Shown: positions 49,390 through 63,549 of the stretch, piece by piece
How the letters are laid out: every line of letters starts with the position of its first letter
Numbering within the stretch: position 1 is the stretch's first letter
Source: Camelus dromedarius
Lineage: Eukaryota
Assembly (NCBI RefSeq): GCF_036321535.1
Contig: NC_087437.1
Span: 2,790,001-2,854,000, forward strand
Direction of reading: 5' to 3'
DNA: 64,000 nucleotides
Notes under the pieces: model-generated
What the model was told of the DNA's origin: nothing
Seen by the model: only the letters and a program-made list of their open reading frames with translations
Databases searched by the model: none
Program-made: the position numbers and the translations under genes

Positions 49390-50689
49390 CATGTAAACAA
49401 TATGCTAAAAATTAGAATTAATTTAGTAGCAGTGATTGAATATTGAATTTGTTCTGAGCTTCATTCTGGAATAAGCTGTCACACAGCTATGTCTGTGGGG
49501 CACATCTTTGAAAATGTGCAGAAGTCTAAGTATTTGCTTCTGGAGATATTTACTTCGGCTCCTCTGAAGATGAAGCTTCTCTGAGTGTATTTAGAGGGTT
49601 ATTTAGAAGTTTGTTTTGAACAGGATGTTTGAAGTTGGAGGGGTCTTGAGAGATTCTTTCCATCTGCCGACGAAGGTCGGATGTGCTGAAGATGCAGGGC
49701 TTTGCTCAAAGGTCACAGTGATGGAACAAAGCTGGCTCGACTGCGTCTCCCTCTTATGTAGAGGAGAGAGTCTTAGGTCTGAAGCTGCTAAGAAAAGCTT
49801 AAAGAGAAATTAAAAAAATATATACTTGCAGTAAGAAAAAATGATTTGATATACACTGGTGTTATTTCAGATATAAAGGAGTTCTAAACAGACATGACTC
49901 AGCGGGTTCCTGGCTGGACGGTGGTGAGTGCCAGGGAACAGAGGAAGCAGAATACAGAGAGAGGTAAGGGTGAGGTTGTGAAGAGAGGCCCCAAGGGAGC
50001 CAGAAATCCTTCTCTTGGTTGCTGCCTGGCAGGGAGGCTCCTGAGAAAATGAGAGATTAAGTCTGAATACCACTATCCTCATCTTCAGCATCCACCGAGG
50101 TGAACACCGGGGCAAAGCAGGATTTGGTTGGATCAGAGAGTTTCAGCGTCCACGCGCTGGGATGTTCTTTGTCCCTCCTCCCCGCTTCAGTGAACCTGAC
50201 ATGCACCAGTCCCAGACTTTCTTATCTGTCTCAAGACTTAACAAAACTTGACTACATGCCACAGGAGAGAAGCCCTGGGCACAGGACCGGTGGATTTGCA
50301 GCTTTGTGCACTGGGCTAAATCCAGAGGCTGCTTCTTCAAGAACAGAAAGTAGAGGATAACATTAGCTTGATTTGCTTTGTTGTTAAGTGGATACTGAAA
50401 AGGGGCTGAAATCAATGACCCCCTGAGCATCTGGGGAATGGAGGGAGTCACGTGGTGGTGTACCCTGCGGGAAGCAGTGAGAGGCATCAGGTTTGCTATT
50501 GGATTAGAGGCGAAGCTTGTCTTGGTCTGCCATTCAGGCAAAATCTGTTCACTGAGTGGGAGGTTGAGGAGTCTCCCAGCAAGTGAGACATGCACTTAGC
50601 CACGTCTGCTGTTTCTACAGTGTGCGTGTGGTTGGTTTTTTGAAGTGGCGTGCTTTGTTACTCAAGTTCTTTCTAATGTGAGAGCACAG

Positions 50690-52360
50690 GCTTTTTTTTT
50701 TTTTAATATATAACATAAAATTTATCATAATCATTTTTAAGTGCACAGTTCATTAGCGTTAAGTATATTCACAGTGCGGTACAACAGGCCTCGAGAGCGA
50801 ACCTCTGTACTCACTAAACACAGATTCCTTCCTCCCCGAGTCCTTCACAACCACTTTTTTTCTTTCGTTTAAAAAAAAAAACTGCTTTATGGAGATACAA
50901 TTCCCATTAAAAAAAAAAAAACTGCACATATATAAACAATGTATACAATCACTTGAATTAGGAAATACACCCATGAAACTATCACTACATTCAGGCCATC
51001 TACCACCTCACTTCCAAAAGTTTCCTCCTACCCTCTTTATTTTTAAATATGTATTTACTTATTTTTTAACATTTTTCTTTTGTAGTATGAGCACTGAACA
51101 CAAGGTTTACCCAATTGGCAGATTTTTAAGTATCCAGTTCAATATTGTCAGCTATATATAGGCCAGTGTTGTATGGAAAATCTCCAGAATTCATTCATCT
51201 GGTTTGACTAGAACTTTGTGCCTTTTTACCAACGCCCCTCTCGTGTCCCCCTCTGCCCAGCCCCTGGTAACCACTATTCTATCTACTTTCTCGTTCTGAG
51301 TTTGGCATAAAAGTGGGATCATGCAGTATTTGTCCTTCTGAGTTTGGCTTATTTCACTTGGAATAATGTCCTCCAGGCCCATCATGTTGCAAAAGGGCAT
51401 GATTTTCTTCTTTGAAAAGGCTGAATACTATTCCATTGTAGGTACAGACCACAGTTCCTTTATCCACTCATCTGTCTGTGGACATCCAGGCGGCTGCAGT
51501 GAACATGCAAATAGCTCTTCAAGATCCTGTTTTGAATTCTTTCGGGTAAATACCCAGAAGTGGGATGGCTGGATCACAGGGTAATTTCATTTGTAATTTT
51601 TTGAGGACTCTCCATACTGTTTTCCATCATGGCTGCACTACTTTACATTCCCACCAACACAAGCGTTCCAGTCTCTGTGTCTTCACCAACAGTTGCAATC
51701 TTCTGTTCGTTTGGTAGTGGCTGTCCTAATGGGTGTAGGGTGATAGCTCATTGTGGTTTGGATTTCTCTTATGATTGGTGATATTGAGCATGTTTTCAGT
51801 GAGCATAGGTGTTTATAAGAAAAAAAAATCTTGTGCAGAATAAAATGGGAAAAAGTCAAGGGAGTAAGGTTGATGGTGAATCTTATGGCCATGGTGAGGA
51901 CACATTTTGTTTCTTTTTTATGTTGCACTGTATTTGAAACATCCCACATGGTTTAATCACTTTTTTCTGCTCTTATTTATTCAGGTCCTTTTTTGCTTTC
52001 ATCAGAATTTTGTAGTTTCTAGCATACAAATTCGGTTAAACTTACATTTTAGTATTTCTTTTTTGTTATTGTAAATGGTACTACATTTTAAAATTTTGGT
52101 ATTCATGTATTCATCAACAGTATGTAGAAATATAATTGATTTTTGTGTGTTTATGCAATATCTTCCATCCTGCAAACCCCCTACTATATTAGTTCTAGAA
52201 GTTTTTTATATAGATTCATTGGGATTTTTCTGTATAGATAATCATATCTTCTACAACCAGAGAAAATTGTCTTCTTTCTTCTTTAAGCTGCATGCTTTTT
52301 AATTTCCTTTTGTTGCATTAATGCAACTTCCATCATTGTCTTGCATAGAGTGGTGAGACC
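50690..52360 (-). mobile_element. Cluster of old L1M 3'/ORF2 fragments
   Basis: Minus translations EISQTQKDKYCMIPL and IIREIQTTMSYHPTPIRTA are the L1 ORF2 C-terminus. Confidence 0.8.
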
Positions 52361-53034
52361 TGGTCCCCCACTAGAAGCTAAATTTTGAATTTGTGAGTCA
52401 TAGTTTGCTGGAATGGAAAGGATATAAGAGATCTTCCAATGACAATAGCTCCATTTTCCACTTGTGGAAACTGAGGATTAAAAAGTGAAAAAATTCAACT
52501 GGGAAGCAATATCTTAATACAAGAGGAAAAAAATCTTTCTAATTACTGCAAAACTTAAGTTCTGATTCACTCCCATTATGAAGCAGTCCTACCAGGTCTG
52601 GAACCAGGAAGACTCAGCTGCTCGTGGCTGAGCACATTTTGAGTCATTACCCCAGTTTTCCCGAGGTCTCTGCAAGCTGTTTCGAGCTGTCATCCCCTCC
52701 TCCTTTGTTGTTGCTCCAATATGAACCTTGGTGTGTTAGGCTTTGGAACTCAGGCCAGATTATGTGGCTTGTGTGCCTTCTAGTTAAACACAGACTAACT
52801 TGTACTTTTGTTTATGTTTTGACAACGAGAGCAGATGCCCGTGTGCGATGTCATGGTGGTGGAGGGAGCAGGGAGTTAGGAACACACAGCAGGTCAGCTC
52901 AGCCATCGTCACTGAGCCCCTGCCTTGTGACAGGTGCTGTTCTGGGCCTCGTGAGGCATATGAAATCTCGACAAATAGGGGCAGGATCCTGAAGGCCAGT
53001 ACAGGCCCACCAAGTCTTCCCAGAGTGTGCGGTG

Positions 53035-54215
53035 TGTATTAGGGGTCTCCAGGGAAACAGAACCAGTCGGAGGTACAGACATACAGACAGAGACTTGTGA
53101 CGAGGAAGTGACTCATGCGATTATGTGGGCTGACGAGGCCCGAGATCGGCAGCCATGAGGCTGGAGACCCAGAAGGGCTGGTGTTTCAACTGGATCCTGA
53201 AGGCAGGAAAAGATTGATGTTCCAGCTCCAAGTGGTCAGGCAGAACAAGGTTCCTGTCCTTGGGCTTTTGTTGTTGCTGTTGCTGAGGTGTAGTTTACAA
53301 TATTATAAATTGTATCAGTTTCAGGTGTACAACAGAGTGACTCAAACTTTACAGACCATATACTCCATTTAAAGTTATAAAATCTGGGCTCTGTGTTAGA
53401 ATATACCCTTGTAGCTTATGTACTTTATACACAGTAGTTTGTGTCTCTTAATCTCCTTCCCTTATTTTGCCCCTCACCCTTCCCTCTCCCCTCTGGTCAC
53501 CACTAGTTTGTTCTGTATATCTGTGTGTCTGTTACTGTGTTGTTATATTCCTTTGTTTGTTTTATTTTTTAGATTCCACATGTAAGTGATAACATACAGT
53601 GTTTGTCTTTCTCTGTTTGACTTACTTCACTAAGCGTAATACCCTCCAGGTCCATCCATGTTTCTGCAAATGGCATTATTTCATTCTTTTTTATGGCTGA
53701 GTAGTATTCCATTGTATAAATGTACTACATCTTTATCCAGTCACCTGTTGATGGACATTTGGGTTGTTTCCATGTCTTGGCTATTGTAAATAGTGCTGCT
53801 ATGAACATTGGGATGCAGGTACCTTTTTGAATTAGGGTTCCCTCTGGATACATGCCCAGGAGTGGAATTGCTGTGTCATATGGTAAGTCTGTTTTTAGTC
53901 TTTTCAGAAATCTCCAGACTGTTTTCCATAATGGCTGCACCAATTTACATTCCCACTAGCAGTGCAGTAGCTCCCTTTTCCCCACACCCTCTCTAGGACT
54001 TGTAATTTGTGGCCTTTTTAATGTACTTGACCTTTCTAGTCAGCCCTTCAGTGGATTGGAAGAGGCCCACTTAAAACAGAGGCTCAGGCTGCTCTACTCC
54101 TTCGCCTATTCAGATGTTAATGCCATCCAGAAACACCCTCACAGACACATCCAGGACAATGACACCAAAATCTGGGCACCCTGTGGCCCAGGGTGGGCAC
54201 ATAAAATTAATCATC
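53035..54215. mobile_element. MLT2-like LTR interrupted by an L1 3' end (53285-54020, -)
   Basis: TGTATTAGGGGTCTCCAGGGAAACAGAACCAGT start and GCACATAAAATTAATCATCACA end; insert translates [32 protein letters not shown] on -. Confidence 0.8.
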
Positions 54216-54626
54216 ACACTGTTATCACTGAGGTTTCCAAGATGACTTTGGGCACCATGGACAAATTTACCAGCTGTGTGACCTTAGACAAGTGAATTAA
54301 CTTCACTGTGCCTCAGTTTCCTCACTGTAGAGTAAAGGTGATAATAGTCCCTTTCTCACTGGGTTGTTTTAAGGATTAAGTGAATCAATATTTGTAAAGC
54401 ATTTAGAGTGGCACATGGCAAGTTGTAAATATAATGTGTTAAATATAATTTTAACTTATTTCATAATCTATGTATTTGATGTGCAGCAGAAAGAAATGCA
54501 ATTGGCATGATTTCAAGGGTATTTTTGCTTAGGATGAGGCTAAATAAAAAAGCGGTGCATTGATTTCCACACGATTATTGACTAAATACTAGTTGAGGCA
54601 GTACATGAAAATGGTAAAATAATTGA

Positions 54627-55801
54627 AGCAATAGAAATAAAAGCAAAAATAAACAAATGGGACTGAATTAAACTTACAAGCTTTTGCACAGCAAAGGAAA
54701 CCATGAGCAAAATAAAAAGACAACGTATGGAATGGGAGAAAATATTTGCAAAAGATGAGACTGACAAGGGCTTGATTTCCAGAATATATAAATAGCTCAT
54801 ATGACTTAATAACCAAAAAGCAAACAACCCAATCCAAAAATGGGCAGAAGACCTAAACAAGAAATTCTCCAGTGAAGATATATGAATGACCAATAGGCAC
54901 GTGAAAAAATTCTCAATATCAATTGAGAATTATCAGAGAAATGCAAATCAAAACTGCAATGAAGTATCACCTCACACAAGTCAGAATGGCCATCATTCAG
55001 AAGTCCACAAATGGTAAATGCTGGAGAGGCTGTGGAGAAAAAGGGAACCCTCCTACACTGCTGGTGGGAATGCAGTTTGGTGCAGCCACTATGGAAAACA
55101 GTATGGAGATTCCACAAAAGACTGAAAATAGACTTTCCATATGATCTAGCAATCCCAATCCTGGGCATATATCCAGAGAGAACCCTAGTTCAAAAAGACA
55201 CCAGCACCCCAATGTTCATAGCCACACTATTTACAATAGCCAAGTCATAGAAACAGCCTAAATGTCCATCAACAGATGACTGGATAAAGAAGTTGTGGTA
55301 TATTTATACAATAGAATACTACTCAGCCATAAAAAATGATAAAATAATGCCATTTACAGCAACGTGGATGTCCCTGGAGAATGTCACTCTAAGTGAAGTA
55401 AGCCAGAAAGAGAAAGAAAAATACCATATATCACTCATATGTAGAATCTTAAGAAAAACAACAAAAAGCCCCCAAATGAACTTATTTATAAAACAGGAAC
55501 AGACTCACAGACATAGAAAACAAACTTACGGTTACCAGAGGGGAAGGGGATGGGAAGGGATAAATTGGGAGTTCAAGGTTTGCAGATACTGACCTGGTAT
55601 ACATAAAATATATAAACAGGTTTATACTGTACAGCACAGGGAACTATATTCGATATCTTGTAGTAGCTTATGGTGAAAAAGAATATGAAAACAAATATAT
55701 GTATATTCATGTATGACTGAAGCATTGTGCAGTGCACCAGAAATTGACACAACATTGTAAACTGACTATACTTCAATTAAAAAAAAGAGAAAAAAAAAAA
55801 A
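54627..55801 (+). mobile_element. 5'-truncated L1 with poly(A) and TSD
   Basis: ORF2 C-terminus [21 protein letters not shown], 3'UTR and A-tail; flanking repeat GAAAATGGTAAAA(T)AATTGA at 54607 and 55802. Confidence 0.92.
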
Positions 55802-57278
55802 GAAAATGGTAAAAAATTGAGACGTGGAAATACTGTGGATGAGAAAAAAAACTGGGCCTATCTCCAGTGACCAACCAACCCCATCCTGGTTTTCTGAGGG
55901 ATTTCCTGGCACGCAGGGCATTCAGTGCTAAAACCAGGGAAATCTGCAGTAAACCAGGACGTTTGGTTTACCTCCATATAACTACAGTTTGGTGTTTATC
56001 CCACAAACATTTGTTAAGCACCTTCATCATTCCAGGCACTGAGGGCTTCCAGAGGGCCCCTGTCCCCAAGGAGCTGGCCGTGGAGTGGACCCTGGGTCCT
56101 GCCCCTGCTACTGTTATGTCTGTGCCTTTAAGCAAGGCTGTTCATCTTCCCTCCACCTGTTTCGCAGTCTGCAAAGGAAGTGGTTGGAATCAGTGACCTC
56201 TGAATCCTTTCCAAGGCCAGGGTTCTCCCTTACAAAGCACACAGTGCGTCTGTTACTGCGAAAACCTCCACTTTCACTGACATCCAGGGTGAGAAAAGAA
56301 CAATGAGCAAAGCGTGCCTTGTGATCTTTTTTTCTGCTCTCAATTCCAGCCTGACATCGGCGGGAGCAACAAATGGAGTGGAGTTACTGCCCCTCCCAGG
56401 CTCCCAGACAACCACCACCCTGGCACAAAATGACCGGCCCTTGCTAGGATCCTTTGACCAGACCTCAGTATGTGTATGGTCTGGGGAACTGGCAGGAGAG
56501 AGACTTCTCAGCCGGTCTGAACATGTAAGAGTCCATCAGAAGCACCTGAAGGGTTTACTGGGGGAGAGGAGGTGTTTATGAAGCCATTCAATACCGGTTA
56601 CTCCAACTATGGTTGTGTTTGGAAGTTGAAAAGGAATTTCGGGTGGTAGGATAAACACTATACTTAACCGATTAAGAAGAGGCTCTTGTTTGGAGCCTTG
56701 TCTTCATCAGTTGGCCTTTTGGGTTTGGGAGCATCCCGAGTGTCCGGCAAGCTGTGTTACACCACAGTGCCATTCACCGACCATCCTGTTTTACGTGAGT
56801 AAAATCGTCTTACAATTAATGTCTGGGAAAAGCTAGCTCACACAAATCATTATTTACATGTATTTTTTCCCAGAATCAATTTGATGCCACACATGTCTGT
56901 TGAGTTCCAGTTATGAGCTTGGTTCTGTGAAACCAGACAAGGAATGAGAACCCCCGTTGCTGGGAGCGTGACCGGAGTCGAGTCACCTGCATTTTCCTGC
57001 TGATGCCATTTGTGGGAAACATGCAACCAAGGTTCACTTCGTATGAAGCATGGGGGACAGAAGAGACTTGGGGTTTGGGGAGCCTAAGGAGAGCTTCTCG
57101 GTTCAGAGAACGTTGTTCTCAGGTGCCCGGTCTTTTCTTCGTAATAAACCTTTTCTAAGGCTTTGATGCTTGGACTCCTCCCAGGCGACAGTCTCTAATT
57201 ATAGTTCCTGAGTCACTGCAGGTTTTACAGCCATAATGTTGAGACAGAGATAGATTATAAAAAGGAGTTCAGCCTGCT

Positions 57279-57350
57279 GGGGGTATAGCTCAGGGGTAGA
57301 GCATTTGACTGCAGATCAAGAGGTCCCTGGTTCAAATCCAGGTGCCCCCT
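57279..57350 (+). tRNA. tRNA-Cys (GCA)
   Basis: 72 nt GGGGGTATAGCTCAGGGGTAGAGCATTTGACTGCAGATCAAGAGGTCCCTGGTTCAAATCCAGGTGCCCCCT; all four stems pair; anticodon loop CTGCAGA; TTTT at 57357; TATAAAAA at 57256. Confidence 0.97.
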
Positions 57351-59837
57351 GTGTGGTTTTCCTCTTTTGCTTAAGAATATGGATTGATTTTGCCTGTATT
57401 GTCTTGACCGTCTTCTGTAGTTCATGGCTGGTTGAACCATAACTAATGTCATTTGTGTATGTGCCAGACGGCACACTCGGTTGTCAACATTAATTATCTC
57501 CTCCATTTCTCACCAAAATGTTACAAGATACCTTATCTCCATTTTGCATGAGGAGTCTGAGACGAGATGCTAGAAAGGGCAGGTTCAGGATTTGAGCTCA
57601 GAGCCCCGTTCGTTCTCAGTGACTTCATTATATTACTCATAGTGGTCTTCTCTGGTCAAAAGCTTTGCCACAAAATTCCCCTTAGCAGTGCTCCCAAGGG
57701 CTGGGACTGTCCATAGAGTTCTAGAACCTTTGGGCTGCGGGCAAAGCCAGGAACTTAGTGACCATGCCCACCCTGTGCATTGTCCTGGGGACAGTCAGGG
57801 AAAGAAGCCTTTATTCCGAGAGCGCTGCTATGGATAAACTGGCCGGAAGCTTGGGGAACTGTGCTCTTTTTTTTGCTCTAAAGCTTGAGGGCATTCTGTT
57901 ACCTTTCCATCCCCACATGGTTTCCTGCAGCTGAGCCCCCCGACTTGGGTGCCTGCAGTCAGGACCTAGGCTGGGGCTGGGCTCAGGCCTTAGTCCAGGC
58001 ACGGCTGCGTCTTTAAATCACTTTGAATGATGTGTGCTGCGCACCGAGTCTGTGCCAGAACTGTGCCAAGTGTGAACTTAGACCTGAACAAGACACAGCG
58101 CCTGGGCTCAGTGTGCTCCTGGCCAGGAAGCAGGCCTGTCGAATAGGAGGGCAGACAGCTGTGAGCTGCGCCGAGCTGCAGGAACACAGAGGAGGCAGCG
58201 GCTACCTCTGTCCAGAGCAGGGAGGCTTCCAGGGGTTTCCAAGAGGGGCTGATTTCCCAGAAGACCGAGATCTTACCAGAAGGAGGGTGAATTACAGGCA
58301 GAGGTGCGGGGAGTGGTGCTTGAGTCCCGGGCAGAGGCTGGAGCCAGGTGGAGGCAGCTGGAGCACAAAGTGTGATGTGGGGAGTGTCAGAAGGGAGGTT
58401 GAGGCTGGAGAGGCAGATGGGATGAAGGTGTAAGAAGTCTTTATGTTGTGCTGAGAAACCTGGAGTTTATCGTGAAGGCCTTTTAAGACAAGTGACCTTG
58501 ACAGAGTTGGTTTTCAACGGCTCCACTGGGAGTAGCAGGGGGATGGATGTGAGGGGTGGAGGCCGGGAGGCCACATGGGAGGTGGCGGCCCTGCAGTGCA
58601 GCGGTGGGGATGGACGTAAGTGACACCAAAGGGAAAATCAGCCATACCCAGAGATCAAATGGAATTGGGGAAGAGAGTTGAAAGGAGCCCACAGCTGAGT
58701 TTAATGTTTCGGCCAAACAGCTGAATACACCATGGTCTCACCCACCAAGACGAGGAGGAGGCTGATGAGATGGCGAAGTAGGCAGGCCCGGCACCCCTCT
58801 CTGAGCCTCCCTGGGACCCGGGGCCCCGCCACCTCCCAGAGGTGTGGCCACGCTGTGCCTCAGTCTCCTCACTGGCAAAACCAGTATGCTAACCATAATG
58901 CCCATTTTGTGGGATTTGGGGGTGATGATTCAATGGGAAGTTATGGCTAGAACTTTTAGTACCGAGCCTGGCACACAGCAAGTGTTCTGTGAACATGGAC
59001 TATTGTTATTATAAAGAAGCAAAATTGCAGGATGGGCAGGTTTGGGCAGGAAGATAGCGAGTTTGGTTTGGGGCATACTGGGTCTGCGATCTGAGGTTTC
59101 TATAGAACATCAGGGTGGAGAGGCTGCGAAGGGTTGTCTGCGGCCCTCGGAGCTGTGAGCTGGGGCCCTGGTTACCCTCGGCCCCTGAGTTTCTCGGCAG
59201 CTGAGGGGCCTCCTCAGGGAGAACTTGCTGTAATGATGGAGATCTCCTCCACCTTTCTTCCCAGTCTTGGAGACACGGAAAAGTAAAAGTTCTCCAGTTG
59301 GAACTCAAAGGACTAGGAATTAGCGGTGTTCAAAGGTGGATTTGGGACTTTTTCACTCCCCCCTCAACTGTAAAATGAGATAGTTCACCCAGAAGAAGTC
59401 CCTTTGAAAATCTTCCTTCCTGCAATCATGCATAATATACAACACACGCACACACACACACGCGCACACACGCACACACATGACATTCACCTGTAATTCC
59501 CAGTTGAACACGAACCTCTGGCTGGGGGATACCCAGCTAAGAGCCCCTGTATGTCTGACACTTGGTGGCACCTGTGAGACTTACAACACCCATCTACCTG
59601 CCCACAGACGGATGGGCAGCTGCAGGTGTATTTTTAAACATTGGGGAACTAGACTGAGAACACAGCACTGGGAAGAGAGTCCCCCACGTGGTCTGGGAAA
59701 AGCAGGAGGTGGTGTGACCAGAAGGGATTCAGGGATGAATGTTAATTCAGGAGGAAACTCAGCCACTAAGATATTTATCAAGTATGGTGTAATTCATATG
59801 AATGGAATGAGTACTTGTAGAAGACATGTTACTGTCT

Positions 59838-59909
59838 GGGGGTATGGCTCAGTGGTAGAGCATTTGACTGCAGATCAAGAGGTCCCTGGTTCAAATCCAG
59901 GTGCCCCCT
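59838..59909 (+). tRNA. tRNA-Cys (GCA), G9 variant
   Basis: 72 nt GGGGGTATGGCTCAGTGGTAGAGCATTTGACTGCAGATCAAGAGGTCCCTGGTTCAAATCCAGGTGCCCCCT; cloverleaf intact. Confidence 0.96.
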
Positions 59910-59910
59910 C

Positions 59911-59929
59911 TTTTTTTTTTTTTTTTTTT
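59911..59929 (+). terminator. Pol III terminator T-run (19 T)
   Basis: The T-run starts 2 nt after the tRNA 3' end. Confidence 0.8.
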
Positions 59930-60307
59930 CTCCTCCCGGCAGCTTCACTGAAAGACTGTATCTAGGATGAGGTAAACAAGGTGTCTCGGGCTCAAATTTT
60001 AAGGACACACTTTCAGTTTCCTGCAAACACCTTGGCTTATTAATTCCCTCCTCGGGGAATGTGTGCTCACATAAACTCACCCTGCCTGCGCCAGACACAC
60101 ACAAACACAGCCACACACCCAGAGACACCTCCATGCACACCCCACACCCGATGTCCCCCAACCACACACACACACACCCACACACAGTCACACACCAACA
60201 GACAAAATACACACACAAATGTGCACTTTCTCACATGCACCTTTATTTCTCTTACCCTTTATATAAGTCTTATTAACCAGACCATTCATCCTTCCTTCTG
60301 CAAACTG

Positions 60308-60656
60308 TTTTTATTTATTTTTTATTGAAGTATAGTCAGTTTATAATGTTGTGTCAATTTCTGATGTACGATATAATAATTCAGTCATACATGTATATTC
60401 CTTTTCATAGTCTTTTTCCTTACATGTTACTACAAGGTATTGAATCTAGTTCCCTGTGCTGTACAGTAGGACCTTGTTGTTTATCTATTTTATATACAGT
60501 AGTTAGTGTCTGCCAATTCTGAACTCCCAGTTTACCCCTTCCCACCCCCTTTCCCCCTGGTAACCGTGAGTTTTCTTCTATGTCTGTGAGTCTGTCTCTG
60601 CCTTGTAGATAAGTTCATTTGTGTCTTTTTTTTTAATTCCACATATGAGTGATATC
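60308..60656 (-). mobile_element. L1 3'UTR fragment
   Basis: TTTTATTGAAGTATAGTCAGTTTATAATGTTGTGTCAATTTCTG, reverse complement of the 55.7 kb L1 end. Confidence 0.85.
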
Positions 60657-63156
60657 CAGGACATTTTAAAAGTTAATATGAACTGATTTTTTTTCATTTA
60701 ATAATGTATTCTGTACCTGATGTTAAATATTCTAAAGCTTTTCTAAAATATATGACTTTTGAGTGCTGCATGGTATTTATCGTAGGGATCATAAAAGTAT
60801 ATGTTGAACTTTTCAGTGGGCTCCAGTTTTCCTATCCAGCTGTAATTAATGCAGCGCTAAATGGAGTTAGACAGGCGTCATCTCTGGGGCAGAGATACAG
60901 ATGCGCAGGGCACGGGTGGGTCACCTGTGCACATGACAGGAAAGAAATAATCAGCATAGACACTCCCCCTGACTTCTAGTAGATGTTTCTAGAAGATTAC
61001 CGTATAGCAGGGGTTCTTTAGGAAAAAAATCGAAGGAACCTCAATTAGATTCTGCCTTAGAAGGAAATGAGCTGCATCCATGATGTCATTAAACAAGGTA
61101 CCACCTCCGTCTCATTTCTCTTTGGAAAGAAATGACAGCTTAAGCGCGTTAAGTGGGACTCTGTCACCTTCGGGATTTTTCTGCGGGGAAACGCCTGCTT
61201 CCAAAGGGATCCACCCCTGTCACTGTCGTACAGTTAGGACAACTTCTAAAGGTTTATTGCCATTTCCTGGGTGATTTGGGGCCAGTTGACCACCTGCTGT
61301 AAGCTCTGGGTTCTCTCCATTTGGACCTTGGGGATAATAAGAGTATTCCCCTCACCAGGTTTGACATCAGAATTGTCAAACGTGCCGTCAGTAGAGTACA
61401 TTAGAGGCTCGGTAAATGATAGTGATGATTTTACAGCTACTCCACGTTCAGTGGTGAAAAGATGAGCACAGAGCCAGGGGAGGGGGGCTTGAGAAATAGG
61501 GGCGTCAGGGCGGGATACGCAGACGTCGGACTAGACTCAGGGAGCACACGGATGGCTCTGGGCTCAAGGCCGTCTCCTCCGCAGATTCTTTCTGCTGTGA
61601 CGGGCCCAGTCCCCTAGTCCTGCGTGAGCTCCGTCTTTCTGCCTGGCGCAGGGCTTCTCAGGGTGCCCCGGGAGCAGTTGGAGGACTGGGGACTCCTAGA
61701 GATGCAGATCACCAGGTGCCCTCTTTGATTTTAGGCTCAGGATCTGGAGGTGGGAGGCAGCAAGCTCTGTTCAAAATACAGCAGCAGATGCATGTAAAGG
61801 CTTGGTCCTTAGTACCTGGCTGGCCCTGGGGGTCCTGCCCTTTTCAGGTCCCCCCCATTCCCGCCTTCATCCTGAGATGTCTCTGTTCTGTGTCAGTTAT
61901 ATCCTCCTTTGCAGCTCTGATTTGGACTCCCCAACTTCCGAGTTGTCCTAAGACCTTCGGTCTGCCGAGGGGTGTGATTTCTACTCATCCCTCGGTCTCT
62001 GTGTCTGGTGGCACCAGACAACTCACCCTGGGGCCGTTTAGCCCCTGAGACCTCAGGCTGCTGGGGCCAGACCAGGAAGCCAGCATCTCTCCCGGGTTTT
62101 GGCCCCTGCAGTGGGACTGGCCCACTAACCAGCCCACCTTCCAGGCTCCGTCCTGCCCCAGGCTTAGCATCAAGGGTCAAGGGGACTCCATGGCAGGGAG
62201 AGATGAAACCCTCAGAATTCATGGCTCAACTCCAGGACTCAGGCCAGCACGGGGTTCCTCTTGCTCTGATGGCCCCCAGTTTCCATCTCCAAGTTCCTGC
62301 CTTGGTCCCCAGCTCCGTGGCCCCTTCTTCTGGGGCTGGAGTCCTGCCTCTCCTGAGTCTTGGAGGCTGGAGTCTTATTCCTCTCAGTGCATTAGGTCCC
62401 TCCTGCTACATGCACATCTACCCCAGCACTCACTGGCAGAGAGCAATGACGAGCCTCTGTTACCTGACACAGCTTCCCAGGGACAAGGACTTGGGAGCAG
62501 CTTTGCTGGGAGCTCCGGGCTCCAGTCTCCAGTGAGGCTACCGTGAGGCTGTTGATGGAGGAAGTCTTGGCTGTTTCCTGCGGTCGGCAGTCAGTACTGG
62601 CTGTTGGCCAGAGGCTGGGCTCTTTGCCGTCCAGACTTCTCCACAGGAGTGTCTGAATGTCCTTACAGTGTGGCAGGACTTTAAGTGAGAAATCTTGGTT
62701 TCCTCTTTGGCTTCAGACACGGCTGGATCCAGGTACCCAAGTCATGTTACCAGGCATCTGTTTCTCTCCTTTTCTTGGATCTGCTTTTCTCTGTGATGAG
62801 GTTAGAAAGATGCTCTCCAAGTGGTGGTCAGTGGACCAAGCTGACCTCCTTCCCAGTGGGACAAAAAAAAGTGTGTCTTCTGGAAAGTTCCAGCACAAGT
62901 CCTCTGATTAAGTCTCACTCGTCTGGTTCTGAACCAGTCCCATAGCGATGGCCATGGAATTCTCTGAAGCCACTGGGCCTTCATTCTTTGCCCATTTCTA
63001 GAGCTGGGGGAGTTGATTCTGCCCCATTCAGACCACACTAAGATTGGGAGGGGGAGGTTATCTAAAGAAAAATTGGCTGCATTTACCAGAAAAGAGAGGG
63101 TGGATTAAGAACAATGCATTGTCATTACATCCACTCACCAAAGTGCTTCCATGGCT

Positions 63157-63260
63157 GGGGAGGGTATAGCTCAGTGGTAGAGCATGTGCCTAGCTTCAAC
63201 CCCTAGTGCCTCCACTAAAATACATAAATAAATAAACCTAATTACCGCTCCCCCCCCCCC
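63157..63260 (+). mobile_element. Vic-1-like SINE with internal deletion
   Basis: GGGGAGGGTATAGCTCAGTGGTAGAGCATGTGCCTAGC|TTCAACCCCTAGTGCCTCCA..AAATAAATAAACCTAATTACC. Confidence 0.85.
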
Positions 63261-63434
63261 AATAAAGTGTTATTACGGAGTGAAATAGCAGAAGGGGACT
63301 GAGCAGGTGATGGAATGTTAGCAGACAGGTGGACGACTCCCCAGTGGGATTCCACAAAAGGAGGGTTTTATCTGCCAGCTGGAAAGAATTCATAGGGAAA
63401 CCTGCTTTAGTTGCTTAAGGCTTCTTTGTTTGGT

Positions 63435-63549
63435 TGGGAGGATGAGAAGATAATTAGATTTACTTATATTTAATGGAGTTACTGGGGATTGAACCCAGGA
63501 CCTCATGCATGATAGGCATGCACTCTACCACTGAGCTACACACTCCCTC
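63435..63549 (-). mobile_element. Vic-1-like SINE
   Basis: TACTGGGGATTGAACCCAGGACCTCATGCATGATAGGCATGCACTCTACCACTGAGCTACACACTCCC. Confidence 0.85.

Noticed and set aside
49870..50300. KRAB-ZNF-like remnants (ATG..GTG|GTGAGT mini-exon; GEKPWAQD resembling KRAB-B)
   Set aside because: No KRAB-A exon or zinc fingers nearby; the similarity is too short to support.
63157..63549. tRNA-like heads as additional tRNA genes
   Set aside because: They lack a paired acceptor stem and carry the AAATAAACCTAATTACC tail, so they are SINEs; the same applies at 1.4, 3.0, 39.5 and 48.6 kb.
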